A stretch of 64,000 nucleotides of DNA from an uncultured Bacteroidota bacterium (GTDB taxonomy: Bacteria > Bacteroidota > Bacteroidia > Chitinophagales > Chitinophagaceae). The stretch lies in NCBI GenBank assembly GCA_963796995.1, contig CAWCNR010000003.1:92171-156170 (forward strand). Reading direction: 5' to 3'. Below the pieces are notes generated by a model. It was not told the DNA's origin, ran no database searches, and saw only the letters and a program-made list of their open reading frames with translations. Shown here piece by piece: positions 10,486-21,026 of this stretch. How positions within the stretch are numbered: the first letter of the stretch is position 1; the number at the start of each line of letters is the position of its first letter. The position numbers and the translations under genes are program-made.

Positions 10486-10995
10486 ATGGATACAGCAACT
10501 ATAAGCCTCATTATTTCAATCATTGCGTTTATCATTTCAATATCTATCTTTTTTATTTTAAATAAAAAACAAAACAGTGCTCCCTCTGAAGGAGGGGATG
10601 GATTCAATTCACGTCCGCTCCAGTTGCAGGCCTATGAACGCCTGGTAATGCTGGCGGAAAGGATTGCATTACCCAATCTTATCAGTCGGGCGAATCAACC
10701 AAACCTAAGTGCAAAAGAAATGCAGGTATTACTCCTGGAAAACATCAAGCAGGAATATGAATATAATCTGACACAGCAGATATATGTGAGCCCTGTTGCA
10801 TGGGAAGCAATAAAAAACCTAAAAGAACAAAGCATGTTAGTTATAAACCAGGTCGCTTCCGCATTGCCACCCGGCGCGACTGGGCTTGACTTAAACAAGA
10901 TTTTGTTGGATGTAATGATGAAACAGCAAAAAGGCCAATTGCATTCCATTGTACTGGAGGCCTTGAATTATGAAGCGAGAAAACTTATGAAATAG
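10486..10995 (+). CDS. hypothetical membrane-anchored protein
   Basis: ORF 10465..10995. ATG at 10486 followed by a single N-terminal TM helix. I did not recognise any family. Confidence 0.4.
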   Translation: MDTATISLIISIIAFIISISIFFILNKKQNSAPSEGGDGFNSRPLQLQAYERLVMLAERIALPNLISRANQPNLSAKEMQVLLLENIKQEYEYNLTQQIYVSPVAWEAIKNLKEQSMLVINQVASALPPGATGLDLNKILLDVMMKQQKGQLHSIVLEALNYEARKLMK

Positions 10996-11040
10996 TTTGA
11001 AGTTTATTGTTGGTGGTTTGTAGTTATTAATATTGAGAAT

Positions 11041-12606
11041 ATGACTGATAAAAAGAGATATGCAGACTCCGGAATAGAAATCAACACAGTTTATACTGAA
11101 CCACAAACTACCAACCATCAGCCACAAACTGAGTTGCCCGGGCAGTTTCCCTTCACACGGGGTATACAACCTGACATGTACCGCGGCAGATTATGGACCA
11201 TGCGGCAATATGCCGGGTTCTCCACAGCCGAGGAAAGCAACAAACGATATCATTATTTATTATCCCAGGGTGTAAATGGTTTAAGTATTGCATTTGACCT
11301 TCCCACTCAAATTGGCTATGACAGTGATCATTCCCTTGCTGAAGGCGAAGTAGGAAAAGTGGGAGTGGCGATTGATAACATTGAAGATATGCAGGCGCTT
11401 TTCAATGGAATAAGACTGGAAAGTGTCACCACTTCGATGACGATAAATGCAACAGCTTTTATTCTTCTTGCATTGTACATAGCTATAGCTAAACAACAGG
11501 GTGCCGATCTGAAGAAAATTTCAGGTACGATACAAAATGATATCTTAAAAGAATACGCAGCAAGAGGCACATATATATATCCTCCTAAACCTTCAATGCG
11601 CATCATAACTGATATTTTCGAATGGTGCAGTACTGAATTGCCGTCATGGAATACAATTTCTATTTCCGGCTATCATATTCGGGAGGCGGGTAGCACAGCC
11701 GTGCAGGAAATTGCTTTTACATTAAGTAATGGTAAAGCTTATGTAAAAGCTGCTCTTGACAAAGGGTTAGATATAAATGTTTTTGGTAAACGGCTTTCTT
11801 TCTTTTTCAATTCACATAACAACTTGTTTGAAGAAGTGGCCAAGTTCCGTGCTGCACGAAGAATGTGGGCAAAAATGATGAGGGATTTAGGTGCTGTTGA
11901 TCCCAAAGCAATGATGCTTCGTTTTCATTCGCAAACGGGAGGAAGCACATTGACGGCACAACAGCCGCTTAATAATATTTCAAGAGTTACGATTCAAACT
12001 TTAGCTGCAGTCCTTGGTGGTACGCAATCATTACATACAAATGGTTATGATGAAGCGTTTAGTTTACCTACCGAAGAAGCCGCATCGATCGCTTTACGAA
12101 CCCAACAAATTGCCGCCTATGAAAGTGGCATTGCTGATACAGCAGACCCACTCGGCGGCTCCTATTTCGTAGAAGCTTTAACGAGTGAAATTGAAAGCAA
12201 AGCCTGGGAATTGATTGAAAAAATTGATGTAATGGGAGGAAGTGTGCCAGCTATTGAACAAGGTTTCATTCAAAATGAAATAGCGAGAAGCGCCTATGAA
12301 TACCAGCGCCAGGTTGAAAGCAAGGAAAAAATTATTGTCGGTGTAAACAAATTTCAGCTGGACGAAGAACAACCTATCAATATTTTTAAAGTAGATGATT
12401 CTATCCGGCAAATTCAAATACAAAAACTTCAACAGTTTAAAGATAGCCGTAACATGGCCAGGGTGGATCAATGTCTTCAAATACTTAATGACAAGGCAGC
12501 AGGCGGCGAAAATCTTATGCCTGCTGTAATAAATGCTGTAGAGCAAAAGTGTACACTTGGCGAAATAGCTGATGAACTGAGAGGAGTATTTGGCGAATAC
12601 AGATAA
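11041..12606 (+). CDS. methylmalonyl-CoA mutase family protein, catalytic (large) domain only
   Basis: 521 aa with ..[24 protein letters not shown].. and ..[16 protein letters not shown]... No B12-binding domain in this ORF. Confidence 0.85.
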   Translation: MTDKKRYADSGIEINTVYTEPQTTNHQPQTELPGQFPFTRGIQPDMYRGRLWTMRQYAGFSTAEESNKRYHYLLSQGVNGLSIAFDLPTQIGYDSDHSLAEGEVGKVGVAIDNIEDMQALFNGIRLESVTTSMTINATAFILLALYIAIAKQQGADLKKISGTIQNDILKEYAARGTYIYPPKPSMRIITDIFEWCSTELPSWNTISISGYHIREAGSTAVQEIAFTLSNGKAYVKAALDKGLDINVFGKRLSFFFNSHNNLFEEVAKFRAARRMWAKMMRDLGAVDPKAMMLRFHSQTGGSTLTAQQPLNNISRVTIQTLAAVLGGTQSLHTNGYDEAFSLPTEEAASIALRTQQIAAYESGIADTADPLGGSYFVEALTSEIESKAWELIEKIDVMGGSVPAIEQGFIQNEIARSAYEYQRQVESKEKIIVGVNKFQLDEEQPINIFKVDDSIRQIQIQKLQQFKDSRNMARVDQCLQILNDKAAGGENLMPAVINAVEQKCTLGEIADELRGVFGEYR

Positions 12607-12642
12607 TTACAGGTAATTCTTTCGTAAAGTAGTTGCTTAAAT

Positions 12643-12678
12643 AAAGCAGCTCCGATCAATCGATCAGAGCTGCTTTTA
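12643..12678. terminator. bidirectional hairpin between convergent genes
   Basis: AAAGCAGCTC / GAGCTGCTTT 10 bp stem, flanked by A/T runs on both sides. Confidence 0.6.
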
Positions 12679-12732
12679 ATAAACCCACAATTTGCTATTC
12701 TTATAATCCCGCAAACGCGGAACTTTAAGTCA

Positions 12733-13594
12733 TTAACCTAAGTAAGCTTTTAAGGCATTACTATAACGAGCTTTTTGCAAACGCTTAATGGCTCTTTCTT
12801 TAATTTGACGAATACGTTCTTTGGTGAGATCGTACTTCTGGCCGATCTGTTCAATGGTAACACCATTTTCACCATCAAGTCCAAAATAAGCGTTCACAAT
12901 TTCAGCTTCTCTTGGGGACTAAGAGATTTTAATACACGACGAATTTCATTACGCAAGGAATCTTTCATCACATCATCATCGGTATCATCACCGCCTTCCA
13001 GTAAATCGCCCATAGCTACATCTTCTGCTTCGTGAACCGGAGCATCTAATGAAGTATGGCGGGTATTGCTTTGGAAAATGTTGTTGATCTCAGTTTCACT
13101 CATTTCTAACAATTCGGCTAATTCTTCCGTAGAAGGCTCACGTTCATGTTCCTGTTCAAAAGCCATATACGCTTTATTAGCCTTGTTGTATGTGCCAATT
13201 TTGTTTTGAGGCAGGCGGACTAATCTACCCTGCTCTGCCAACGCCTGTAGAATGGACTGGCGAATCCACCATACAGCGTATGAAATAAATTTAAAACCCT
13301 TGGTTTCATCGAAACGCTGGGCTGCTTTAATCAATCCGAGGTTGCCCTCGTTGATCAGGTCGCTAAGTGAAAGACCCTGGTGCTGGTACTGCTTAGCAAC
13401 AGATACCACAAAACGTAGGTTGGCCTGCACCAATTTGTCCAAAGCCTTCTGATCACCCATTTTAATGCGCTGGGCCAGAGTGGTTTCTTCTTCAGGAGTG
13501 ATCATCGAAATCTTTGAAATTTCCTGCAAGATACTTTTCTACTGCCTGAGAGTCGCTGATTTGTGATCTGGGTGGCAATTTTAAGCTGTCTCAT
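12733..13594 (-). pseudogene. rpoD: RpoD-like primary sigma-70 factor, reading frame broken three times
   Basis: MRQLKIATQITNQ is in the frame of the ATG at 13594. DSQAVEKY is shifted +1. The ORF 12894..13529 (LQEISKI..regions 2-3..RRVLKSLS) is shifted +1 again. Region 4 (SPREAEIVNAYFGLDG..KERIRQIKERAIKRLQ, stop 12733..12735) is in yet another frame. Confidence 0.7.
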
Positions 13595-13876
13595 AATAAT
13601 GAATCTAAGTGTTTAAAGAACAACTAATAAATGACAGTCGTGGTTTGCAGAAAGTTGCAAATGGATAGTTAATGAAAAATTTTACCGTCCGTGACTATCT
13701 ACAAAAATACGCTGCAAAGTCCGAATCTCATAATGGTTGGGGATAATTTATCATAACAAATTTTGTGCAACCATTATTTATATAGACAGAATTTCTGAAA
13801 CCCTCTATAGACGGGCATTTTGTCTTTGCGGACTGTAAAGAAATACTTTTATTGTCAGACTGAAGTTTTGCGGACA

Positions 13877-15169
13877 TCACACTTTTGGCACCAATGCCCT
13901 GCGCCTGAGAAGAATAAAAAGCAAAAACCCAGCTAAAAACAGAAGTGTTGAAATCACCTCAGCCTGGGTAGGATGAAAACCAAATAAATCCATTCGGTTA
14001 TTCACCCTGATCTTTTCAATAAAAAATCTTTCGATTCCATTTACCATAAGATAAACAGCAAATAAGGTTCCGGGTATTTTCAGTTTTTTTCGAAGTGCCC
14101 AAAGAATTGCAAATAAGAGCAGGCAAACTATTGTTTCATAAAATGAAGTCGGAAAGACAGGAAGAGGGAGATGATTACAGTATTTTTCATCAATACAACC
14201 CGGTATCCGAACTCCGTCATCATTTACATTGTGAGGAAAATCGTAGGCGAAAATCCAATTGGGCAAAAATCCGAGTGATGATGGCTTTTTTAATTTCTTA
14301 CTTGGAACTGCCTCAATCACACCATAGTTTCTAATAAAAAAAGTGCTGTTGGATTCCATCACACTACGAAATTGACCCGGAGCAGCAGCAATGATTTTGC
14401 CATTTTGAACTATGTAAGCATCATTATAAATACCCCAATCTCCATCTCCCGCAACCTGGCAACCAATTCTACCTATCGCATAGGCCAGCATTAAACACGG
14501 AGCGGCAGCGTCATTTAAATGCCAGAAACCAATTTTATGCTTTTTTGCATACAGCCAAATTGCAACAGCGGCAAAAATCAACCCTCCGTAAAAAGTCAAT
14601 CCCGCCGGAGAAAAAATAAATGAAGACGGTTCCTTTAAAAAATCGCTCCAGTTTTCAAATATGTCAAACAACTTTGCACCGATCAAACCAAATACGAGAG
14701 CGATAATGGTTATTTCCCCTACTCTGTCCTGGGGCCAGAAACGAATCTTTCGCAGTTCAGGCTTGGGAAGCTTTTGTTTATTTTTTTCCCACCATTTTAT
14801 ACCCGCAAATACGAGCCCGAGAACAATGCCGGCCGGCCAACTTCCCAGTCCTGAAAAAATGAACGCCTGCGGATCATTAGTGACAGAACTGTTCATTATA
14901 AAAAGAGCTAAAATCTTATAACCAAGAACAAATCCAAGTAAAAAATTTAAAAGAAGTTCTGTTAGAGAAGCAGGCTTGCCGACCATTACATTTATTTCAG
15001 TAGGCTGCAATAAGCCTTCCTTCGCTTTTCTTTTTAATTCGGCGGCGAGGGTGACTGCGGCCAATATAAAAGCCAGCGCTACAAAAAAACCAAAAGAATT
15101 AATAAAGCGAAGTGGTTTCCAGTCAATCTTAAACAAGTCTTTAAATGCGTAATACAGGTTTGGATACAT
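13877..15169 (-). CDS. lgt: prolipoprotein diacylglyceryl transferase (long Bacteroidota form)
   Basis: Polytopic membrane protein. N-terminus MYPNLYYAFKDLF and ..GRIGCQ..G.. motif. Confidence 0.65.
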   Translation of the reverse strand: MYPNLYYAFKDLFKIDWKPLRFINSFGFFVALAFILAAVTLAAELKRKAKEGLLQPTEINVMVGKPASLTELLLNFLLGFVLGYKILALFIMNSSVTNDPQAFIFSGLGSWPAGIVLGLVFAGIKWWEKNKQKLPKPELRKIRFWPQDRVGEITIIALVFGLIGAKLFDIFENWSDFLKEPSSFIFSPAGLTFYGGLIFAAVAIWLYAKKHKIGFWHLNDAAAPCLMLAYAIGRIGCQVAGDGDWGIYNDAYIVQNGKIIAAAPGQFRSVMESNSTFFIRNYGVIEAVPSKKLKKPSSLGFLPNWIFAYDFPHNVNDDGVRIPGCIDEKYCNHLPLPVFPTSFYETIVCLLLFAILWALRKKLKIPGTLFAVYLMVNGIERFFIEKIRVNNRMDLFGFHPTQAEVISTLLFLAGFLLFILLRRRALVPKV

Positions 15170-15282
15170 CTGCAGATTCCGGATTTTGATTTAAGGAAGC
15201 AATGTTATGAAATAAATCAATGATTTTTACATTAATTAAAATGCCTCCCGCAAGAGAGGCATTCCCTAATCAAATAAGCTAA

Positions 15283-15699
15283 CTAATTACAATATTGCTC
15301 AAAAGCGCTGATAAGATTACGGGCAATTACTTGAGCTGGCCTGCCTTCAATCTGGTGTCTTTCTATGAAATGAACAAGTTCACCATTTTTAAATAACGCT
15401 ATTGAAGGAGACGACGGAGGATAAGGCAATAAGCGTTCGCGAATCTTTTTAATCGCTTCTTCATCAAAGCCGGCGAAACTTGTTGTAAGATAATCCGGTT
15501 TCTTTTCTGTATTGGCAATAGCCATTAACAGACCAGGACGGGCAGAACCTGCAGAACATCCGCAAACCGAATTGATCATTACCAAAGTAGTTCCTTCTTT
15601 AATCAGTTGTGCATCTACTTCCTCACCTGTCAAGAGCTCGGTAAAACCATTGTCTGTCAGCTCTTCTTTCATGGGCAATACGATTTCTGATGGATACAT
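15283..15699 (-). CDS. BrxA/BrxB family bacilliredoxin (DUF1094)
   Basis: 138 aa with ..TLVMINSVCGCSAGSARP.. redox motif. Confidence 0.8.
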   Translation of the reverse strand: MYPSEIVLPMKEELTDNGFTELLTGEEVDAQLIKEGTTLVMINSVCGCSAGSARPGLLMAIANTEKKPDYLTTSFAGFDEEAIKKIRERLLPYPPSSPSIALFKNGELVHFIERHQIEGRPAQVIARNLISAFEQYCN

Positions 15700-15926
15700 A
15701 AAGTATTTTTTAATCTTTTATTCTAATATCAATAACGTGCAAAAGTAAAAAAAGTTTTAGAAGCGCTTTTTATTGAAACTCTGGCAGTAGATATTCACTC
15801 AAGCTGCAATTATGACTGACGGAATTTGATAATTGTGCATTAATAGGCAGAAAAATTCTGCTGGTACATCATTTGAAAAAACAGAAGTGATTTAAAAATT
15901 TATTTAACCGCAAAAACATAACAGCT

Positions 15927-16365
15927 ATGACACTTGTAAAATTTAATAACAAGCCAACTAACTGGTTTCAGCCTCCTCGAAAATTTCTTTAACGAAATTC
16001 CAACAGTATTTAGAGACGATTTTGCATCTAATATAAGAGGGGCTATTCCGGTAAATATTAAAGAGATAAAAGATGCTTATCAGGTAGAAGTAGTAGCTCC
16101 TGGTTTTGAAAAAAATGATTTTAAAATAAATCTTGATAAAAATATGCTGACTATTTCTGCTGAAAAGAAAAATGAAGTAAAAGATGAGAACGAAAAGCAA
16201 ATCCGTAGCGAATACAGCTATCGTTCTTTTAACCGGTCTTTTACTTTGGATGAAAAAATTGATGCAGAAAAAATTGAAGCAAAATACCTTAATGGTGTTT
16301 TAACATTAAACCTTCCGAAGAAAGCGGAAGTCAAAGCTTCAGCAAAAGAGATTTCAATACAATAA
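15927..16365 (+). pseudogene. Hsp20/alpha-crystallin small heat-shock protein with N-terminal frameshift
   Basis: ATG at 15927 gives MTLVKFNNKPTN, then a stop at 15990. The rest (GFSLLENFFNEIP..VNIKEIKDAYQVEVVAPGF..LNGVLTLNLPK) is in the +1 frame. That frame has no start codon before 16144. Confidence 0.75.
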
Positions 16366-16521
16366 CTTATTCGAAGACTTTCTCATAAGCAGTTGGTTTT
16401 GGTTTATACCCCTCCGGATTTCTATCCTTGGAGGGTTTTTTATTTTTGGGATTCGTTAATAATAGCTTTCGGGCAAATGAACTAATATTGCACCTCTTTT
16501 CTACCCTTACAAAGAATCAAG

Positions 16522-17796
16522 ATGAGAAAACCATACTTGTTTATTTCCATATTTCTCATTTTTATCGGAAAAATATCCAGTGCCCAGGTCACCGATACTG
16601 CATCTATACTGAGGCAGGATTCATTATTATATTTACGAAAACCACAGGACTCGGTTTTGCGCATAACAAATTTAAACCCTTACTTTACGCAGCATGTTGA
16701 TTCAAGCCTTTCCTATCAATTTCAAATCAATCGGAATCCGGCAGACTATCATTGGTATCTCGAAAACTCGCCGGTAGGGGTTAAAATTGACAAGGACAGC
16801 GGTTTATTGACTTTTAAGGCAGAGAAATCCTATTTTTTATCAGGGAAGTTAAAATATGATTTTCCGTACAAGGTTAACATCGGTGTTCAAAGTCTTATCG
16901 ATCCAACAGAGAAGGTGGATACATCTTTTACTCTTCTTTTTTTCAATACCGATATAATTCCTTCAAAAGTAAAACCGACGGTTTCGGGTACTTTATATGT
17001 TGACGAAGGTGAAACAGTAAGTTTTAAAGTTCAGTGCGAAACAGGCAGCTTTCCAATTGAAGATATTCTTTTCAGCAGCAGTGTCCCAATCAAAAACTTT
17101 TCTCTCGTCACAAAATGTAATGATGAATTTAACTGGACTCCTGACTACGGTTTTGTAAAAGGAAAAGATTCGACTATTGTCGATTTAAGCTTTGTCGGAT
17201 CAAATAAATTTAAAGTACGCGACACAGCTATTGTTCATGTTGTAGTAAAAAAGGCACTAAACTATCCTGTAGCTCTTGATGAATATGACAAGGCAGTTAA
17301 CAACGTGAAAATTTATATCCTTCAGTTAAAATATACATTTTTACAGTTGGATAAAGGATTGAAAAAAAATAAACATGCCCGCACTACTTTTGATCTTACT
17401 GGCGCAAGCACAGCTTTAACCGGCACGATTTTGAACACTTCAACTAGTCCCGATGCCCAAAATGTAGGTAAAGTGTTACCAAGCGTGGGTGTTGCACTTG
17501 TGCCAATTAAGGAAGCCGCCGTGCCTGCAAAGGTCGTGGACCAGAACCAGGCATCTCTGATAAGATCATCTATTAAAAGACTCGAGTATATGCTTACGGA
17601 TAATGGATTGGCAGGCGGTAAAGATCCGGACATTGTTCAAAAAACTACGAAGCTCAGAGACGAACTAAAGCAGGCCCAAGTGCAACTTATAGATATTCCC
17701 GTTGATATTGAAACAAACGATATGACGGCTGAGCAGTTAAACAAATATTTTGATAGCCCGAAAGTGAATAAAAAATACAGGACAAAGAGCAGATAA
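16522..17796 (+). CDS. hypothetical secreted protein
   Basis: Signal peptide (..FIGKISSAQ). 424 aa. I did not recognise any family. Confidence 0.5.
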   Translation: MRKPYLFISIFLIFIGKISSAQVTDTASILRQDSLLYLRKPQDSVLRITNLNPYFTQHVDSSLSYQFQINRNPADYHWYLENSPVGVKIDKDSGLLTFKAEKSYFLSGKLKYDFPYKVNIGVQSLIDPTEKVDTSFTLLFFNTDIIPSKVKPTVSGTLYVDEGETVSFKVQCETGSFPIEDILFSSSVPIKNFSLVTKCNDEFNWTPDYGFVKGKDSTIVDLSFVGSNKFKVRDTAIVHVVVKKALNYPVALDEYDKAVNNVKIYILQLKYTFLQLDKGLKKNKHARTTFDLTGASTALTGTILNTSTSPDAQNVGKVLPSVGVALVPIKEAAVPAKVVDQNQASLIRSSIKRLEYMLTDNGLAGGKDPDIVQKTTKLRDELKQAQVQLIDIPVDIETNDMTAEQLNKYFDSPKVNKKYRTKSR

Positions 17797-18252
17797 TCAT
17801 TCGCACGGCTGCCTGCGCCTTGTATCGACCAGGTACTGAATTTTCCATTGACCATTGATAAAAATTAACTGGAACGAATCAACACCGCAGTGACTAAACT
17901 TTCCTTCAAAATAAAATTTATAAGGAGCCCATACCATCGCTAAAGGACCGTCAATTTTTAATGATTCAATCAAGATTCTTTCATCTGCCGCGCCTTTTTT
18001 GAGACCGCTTATTATTTTGGCAAACTCTTCCACTCTATCAGTTTCAACAATTGTATTTCCTTGTTTATCCTTTCCAACGCTCTGCAGAATGGCGCTGTCT
18101 GCAAAAGTTTCAGAAATCATTGCCGAGTCTGAATTTTTCATTCCATCAAATAACTGTTTTATCACTGCTTTAACAGAATCTTCAGCGTTCTGAGCGTCAC
18201 AAATAGTAACGAGTGAGAGGATTAACGAGGATAAAAGTGTAAGTGTTTTCAT
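17797..18252 (-). CDS. NTF2-like (DUF4440/SnoaL-like) secreted protein
   Basis: Signal peptide, 151 aa, ..SFQLIFINGQWKI.. at the C-terminus typical of the cone-shaped NTF2 fold. Confidence 0.5.
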   Translation of the reverse strand: MKTLTLLSSLILSLVTICDAQNAEDSVKAVIKQLFDGMKNSDSAMISETFADSAILQSVGKDKQGNTIVETDRVEEFAKIISGLKKGAADERILIESLKIDGPLAMVWAPYKFYFEGKFSHCGVDSFQLIFINGQWKIQYLVDTRRRQPCE

Positions 18253-18304
18253 TAATTAAATTTTCGGCAAGTTAATTGTCCCACTAAAATAAAAATCTAT
18301 TAAT

Positions 18305-18673
18305 ATGAAAAAGTTTAGAATTATACAGACGGCCATTTTAGCATCATTTGTAAGTGTACTCATTGGTTGCGGATCTGCACGAGGATATCCCTACGATCAC
18401 ACAGGAGCTTCCTTTTCATTAATTCTCGGCCGCGGGTCCGGAATACATCCGGACAGATACCCGGATGGCAGTTACTACTATCGCAACCCGCAGGGTTATA
18501 TCTATTGGCAAGGGCCCGACAATCGTTTTTACCTGGATCAATCTTATTTAGGCAAGGTCCATTACAATAAGAGAGAATATAATGATTGGAAGAGACATCA
18601 TGGCCATCACCATAGTGATCGTAACGAAGATCATGACAGGGATCATGATCGCGGCCATGGAAGACATCATTAA
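18305..18673 (+). CDS. lipoprotein with His/Asp-rich C-terminal tail
   Basis: Lipobox VLIGC. Tail is KRHHGHHHSDRNEDHDRDHDRGHGRHH. Confidence 0.5.
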   Translation: MKKFRIIQTAILASFVSVLIGCGSARGYPYDHTGASFSLILGRGSGIHPDRYPDGSYYYRNPQGYIYWQGPDNRFYLDQSYLGKVHYNKREYNDWKRHHGHHHSDRNEDHDRDHDRGHGRHH

Positions 18674-18749
18674 ATTTCTTAACTGAAACAAGCCCTCTGT
18701 TGCAAAATTCTGTGCCGGTTCACAAATTTTAGCTTCAGGGGCTTAATTT

Positions 18750-20147
18750 TTACATATAGCCGAGAATTTTCAGCATACTCTGTGCTGTTTGCTCTTTAGC
18801 ATAAAGCGAATCGACCAGTTTCCCGTTTTTATCGTAATTAATAAGCACATGCTTTGGCGAAGGAATAAGACAATGCTTTATACCGCCATAACCACTGATC
18901 TGATCCTGGTAGGCACCTGTATGAAAAAAGCCAACATATAAAGGCTCGCCATTGTTTATTTTAGGAAGGAAAACTTCATTAATATGTTCTTCGGAATCGT
19001 AATAATCATGACTGTCGCAAGTCATTCCGCCTAATACCACACGCTGGTATTCGGCATCCCATTTATTAATTGGTAAAAGTAAGAACCTCTCTCCTATGCC
19101 CCATGTATCCGGCAACGTAGTTATAAAAGAGGAGTCGATCATATACCATATCTCACGATCATTCTGCATTTTTTGCGCAACCACGCTATATATGTGCGCC
19201 ATACTTTCACCAACTGTGTAACTTCCAAATTCTGTATAAATATCCGGCATGGGAACTTTGGCTTTTTTACAAGCCGATTTAATGTTACCGACAATTTCAT
19301 TGATCATAAATTGATAGTCGTACTCAAAACCCAATGAATGCTTAATTGGAAATCCACCGCCTATATTGATCGAGTCAAGTTCAGGACATATCTTTCGGAG
19401 CTGACAATAAAGATTAATGATTTTATTCAGTTCGCTCCAATAATAAATATCATCTTTAATACCCTTGTTCAAAAAGATATGCAGCATCTTGAGCTGAAAC
19501 CTGCTTTCATATCCCTCAATCCTGTCAACATAAAATTCCAGGATATCTTTCGCCCGAATACCCAATCGCGAAGTATAAAAAGGAAATGTGGGTTCTTCTT
19601 CTGCTGCAACACGAATACCCAATTTAAAAGGAACTCGCACCGCTTTAGCATATTCCCTGAGTTCTTCTTTATTGTCTAGCACAGGGACAACGTTGTCAAA
19701 TCCAGAATTTAAAAGACCGGCAATTCTTCTTGTATAATTTTTTTGTTTAAACCCATTGCAAATGATCTGGATATCTTTTGTGATCTTTTTTTTCTCGTAC
19801 AGTTTTTTTATAATCTCGATATCATAAGCATAAGAAGTTTCCAAATGTATTTCCTGCTTGAGTGCCTCTTCTACCACAAAACTGAAGTGAGAACTTTTGG
19901 TGCAATAACAATAATAATATTTACCCTCGTACTTATGTTTTTTAAAAGCCGCGGCAAACATCTGCTTTGCCTTTCTTATCTGCATACCTATTTTTGGCAG
20001 GTAACTTAGTTTCAGCGGTGTACCATATTTATCGATCAACGCCTTCAAATCGACTCCATTAAATTGCAGGTAACCATCTTTTACTTCAAATCCTTCCTGC
20101 GGAAAATTGAAGGTCTGTTGAACGAGGTCATGATAAGAATTTGTCAT
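18750..20147 (-). CDS. speA: arginine decarboxylase (type III PLP-dependent, Orn/DAP/Arg decarboxylase fold)
   Basis: 465 aa with ..INIGGGFP.. and ..GGMTCDSHDYY.. motifs. Confidence 0.75.
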   Translation of the reverse strand: MTNSYHDLVQQTFNFPQEGFEVKDGYLQFNGVDLKALIDKYGTPLKLSYLPKIGMQIRKAKQMFAAAFKKHKYEGKYYYCYCTKSSHFSFVVEEALKQEIHLETSYAYDIEIIKKLYEKKKITKDIQIICNGFKQKNYTRRIAGLLNSGFDNVVPVLDNKEELREYAKAVRVPFKLGIRVAAEEEPTFPFYTSRLGIRAKDILEFYVDRIEGYESRFQLKMLHIFLNKGIKDDIYYWSELNKIINLYCQLRKICPELDSINIGGGFPIKHSLGFEYDYQFMINEIVGNIKSACKKAKVPMPDIYTEFGSYTVGESMAHIYSVVAQKMQNDREIWYMIDSSFITTLPDTWGIGERFLLLPINKWDAEYQRVVLGGMTCDSHDYYDSEEHINEVFLPKINNGEPLYVGFFHTGAYQDQISGYGGIKHCLIPSPKHVLINYDKNGKLVDSLYAKEQTAQSMLKILGYM

Positions 20148-20380
20148 TGATGAAATAATGGGTTAACAGGAGTAATCTTTTTTGCGGAAACAAATGTAAC
20201 AGTTTGAAATTTTTCAAAGAGAAATTTTTTAGTTACCTGCCTAGGTAACTCCAATTTAGCCGCTGTTAGGCCGCACGCTGACGCCTATGATCTGCATCCC
20301 AATAGTAATCCCCGGGACACTCGTGCTTTTATTTTTTTTATTCAACAACCACGAAACCGGCATTCTCTTTTGTTGTAAAT

Positions 20381-20408
20381 AAAAAACCGTCCAGACATGT
20401 CAGGACGG
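20381..20408 (-). terminator. rho-independent terminator after rplT
   Basis: CCGTCC / GGACGG stem followed on the minus strand by T6 (A-run 20381..20386 on plus). Confidence 0.7.
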
Positions 20409-20439
20409 CGCAGTTGTTCTCTCACGTAAAGCAAGATCT

Positions 20440-20784
20440 TTATTTAACCTCAGCCACAAGGTTTTTAAAAGTTTCTGGATTGTTCATTGCGAGGTCAGCC
20501 AGCACCTTGCGATCGAGATCAATTCCTTTTTCATTTAATTTATGAATGAACTCCGAATAAGTTAAACCTTCAGCACGTACCGCCGCATTGATACGAGCGA
20601 TCCACAGTTGGCGGTAGCTTCTTTTTTTCAGCTTACGACCAACATACATATAGGTCATACCTTTTTCCACCACATTCTTGGCAACCGTATAAACATTCTT
20701 ACGCTTGCCGTAAAAGCCTTTGGCTTGTTTGAGTATTTTTTTTCTGCGGGCTTTACTGGCAACCGCATTTACTGAGCGAGGCAT
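20440..20784 (-). CDS. rplT: 50S ribosomal protein L20
   Basis: [26 protein letters not shown].. is canonical L20. Confidence 0.95.
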   Translation of the reverse strand: MPRSVNAVASKARRKKILKQAKGFYGKRKNVYTVAKNVVEKGMTYMYVGRKLKKRSYRQLWIARINAAVRAEGLTYSEFIHKLNEKGIDLDRKVLADLAMNNPETFKNLVAEVK

Positions 20785-20828
20785 ATCTGAATAATTTTAA
20801 TTTGAAATTTTTGATTTACCTACAAACA

Positions 20829-21026
20829 TTACCTTAACCTGAGAAGGCGTTTTACAAAATCTAAATTTGCTTTTGCAACGCTGCCATCCTTGCGAAGATT
20901 ACGTTTGCGTTTCTTTGATTTTTTTGTCAGAATGTGACGCTTGAAGCTCTTTTGATGAGTGATCTTTCCGGTGCCGGTCACTTTAAACCTTTTTTTGGCA
21001 CTGGAATTTGTTTTTACCTTAGGCAT
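20829..21026 (-). CDS. rpmI: 50S ribosomal protein L35
   Basis: [22 protein letters not shown].. is canonical L35. Confidence 0.95.
   Translation of the reverse strand: MPKVKTNSSAKKRFKVTGTGKITHQKSFKRHILTKKSKKRKRNLRKDGSVAKANLDFVKRLLRLR

Noticed and set aside
12178-12546. 122 aa minus-strand ORF
   Set aside because: Antisense to the methylmalonyl-CoA mutase family CDS.
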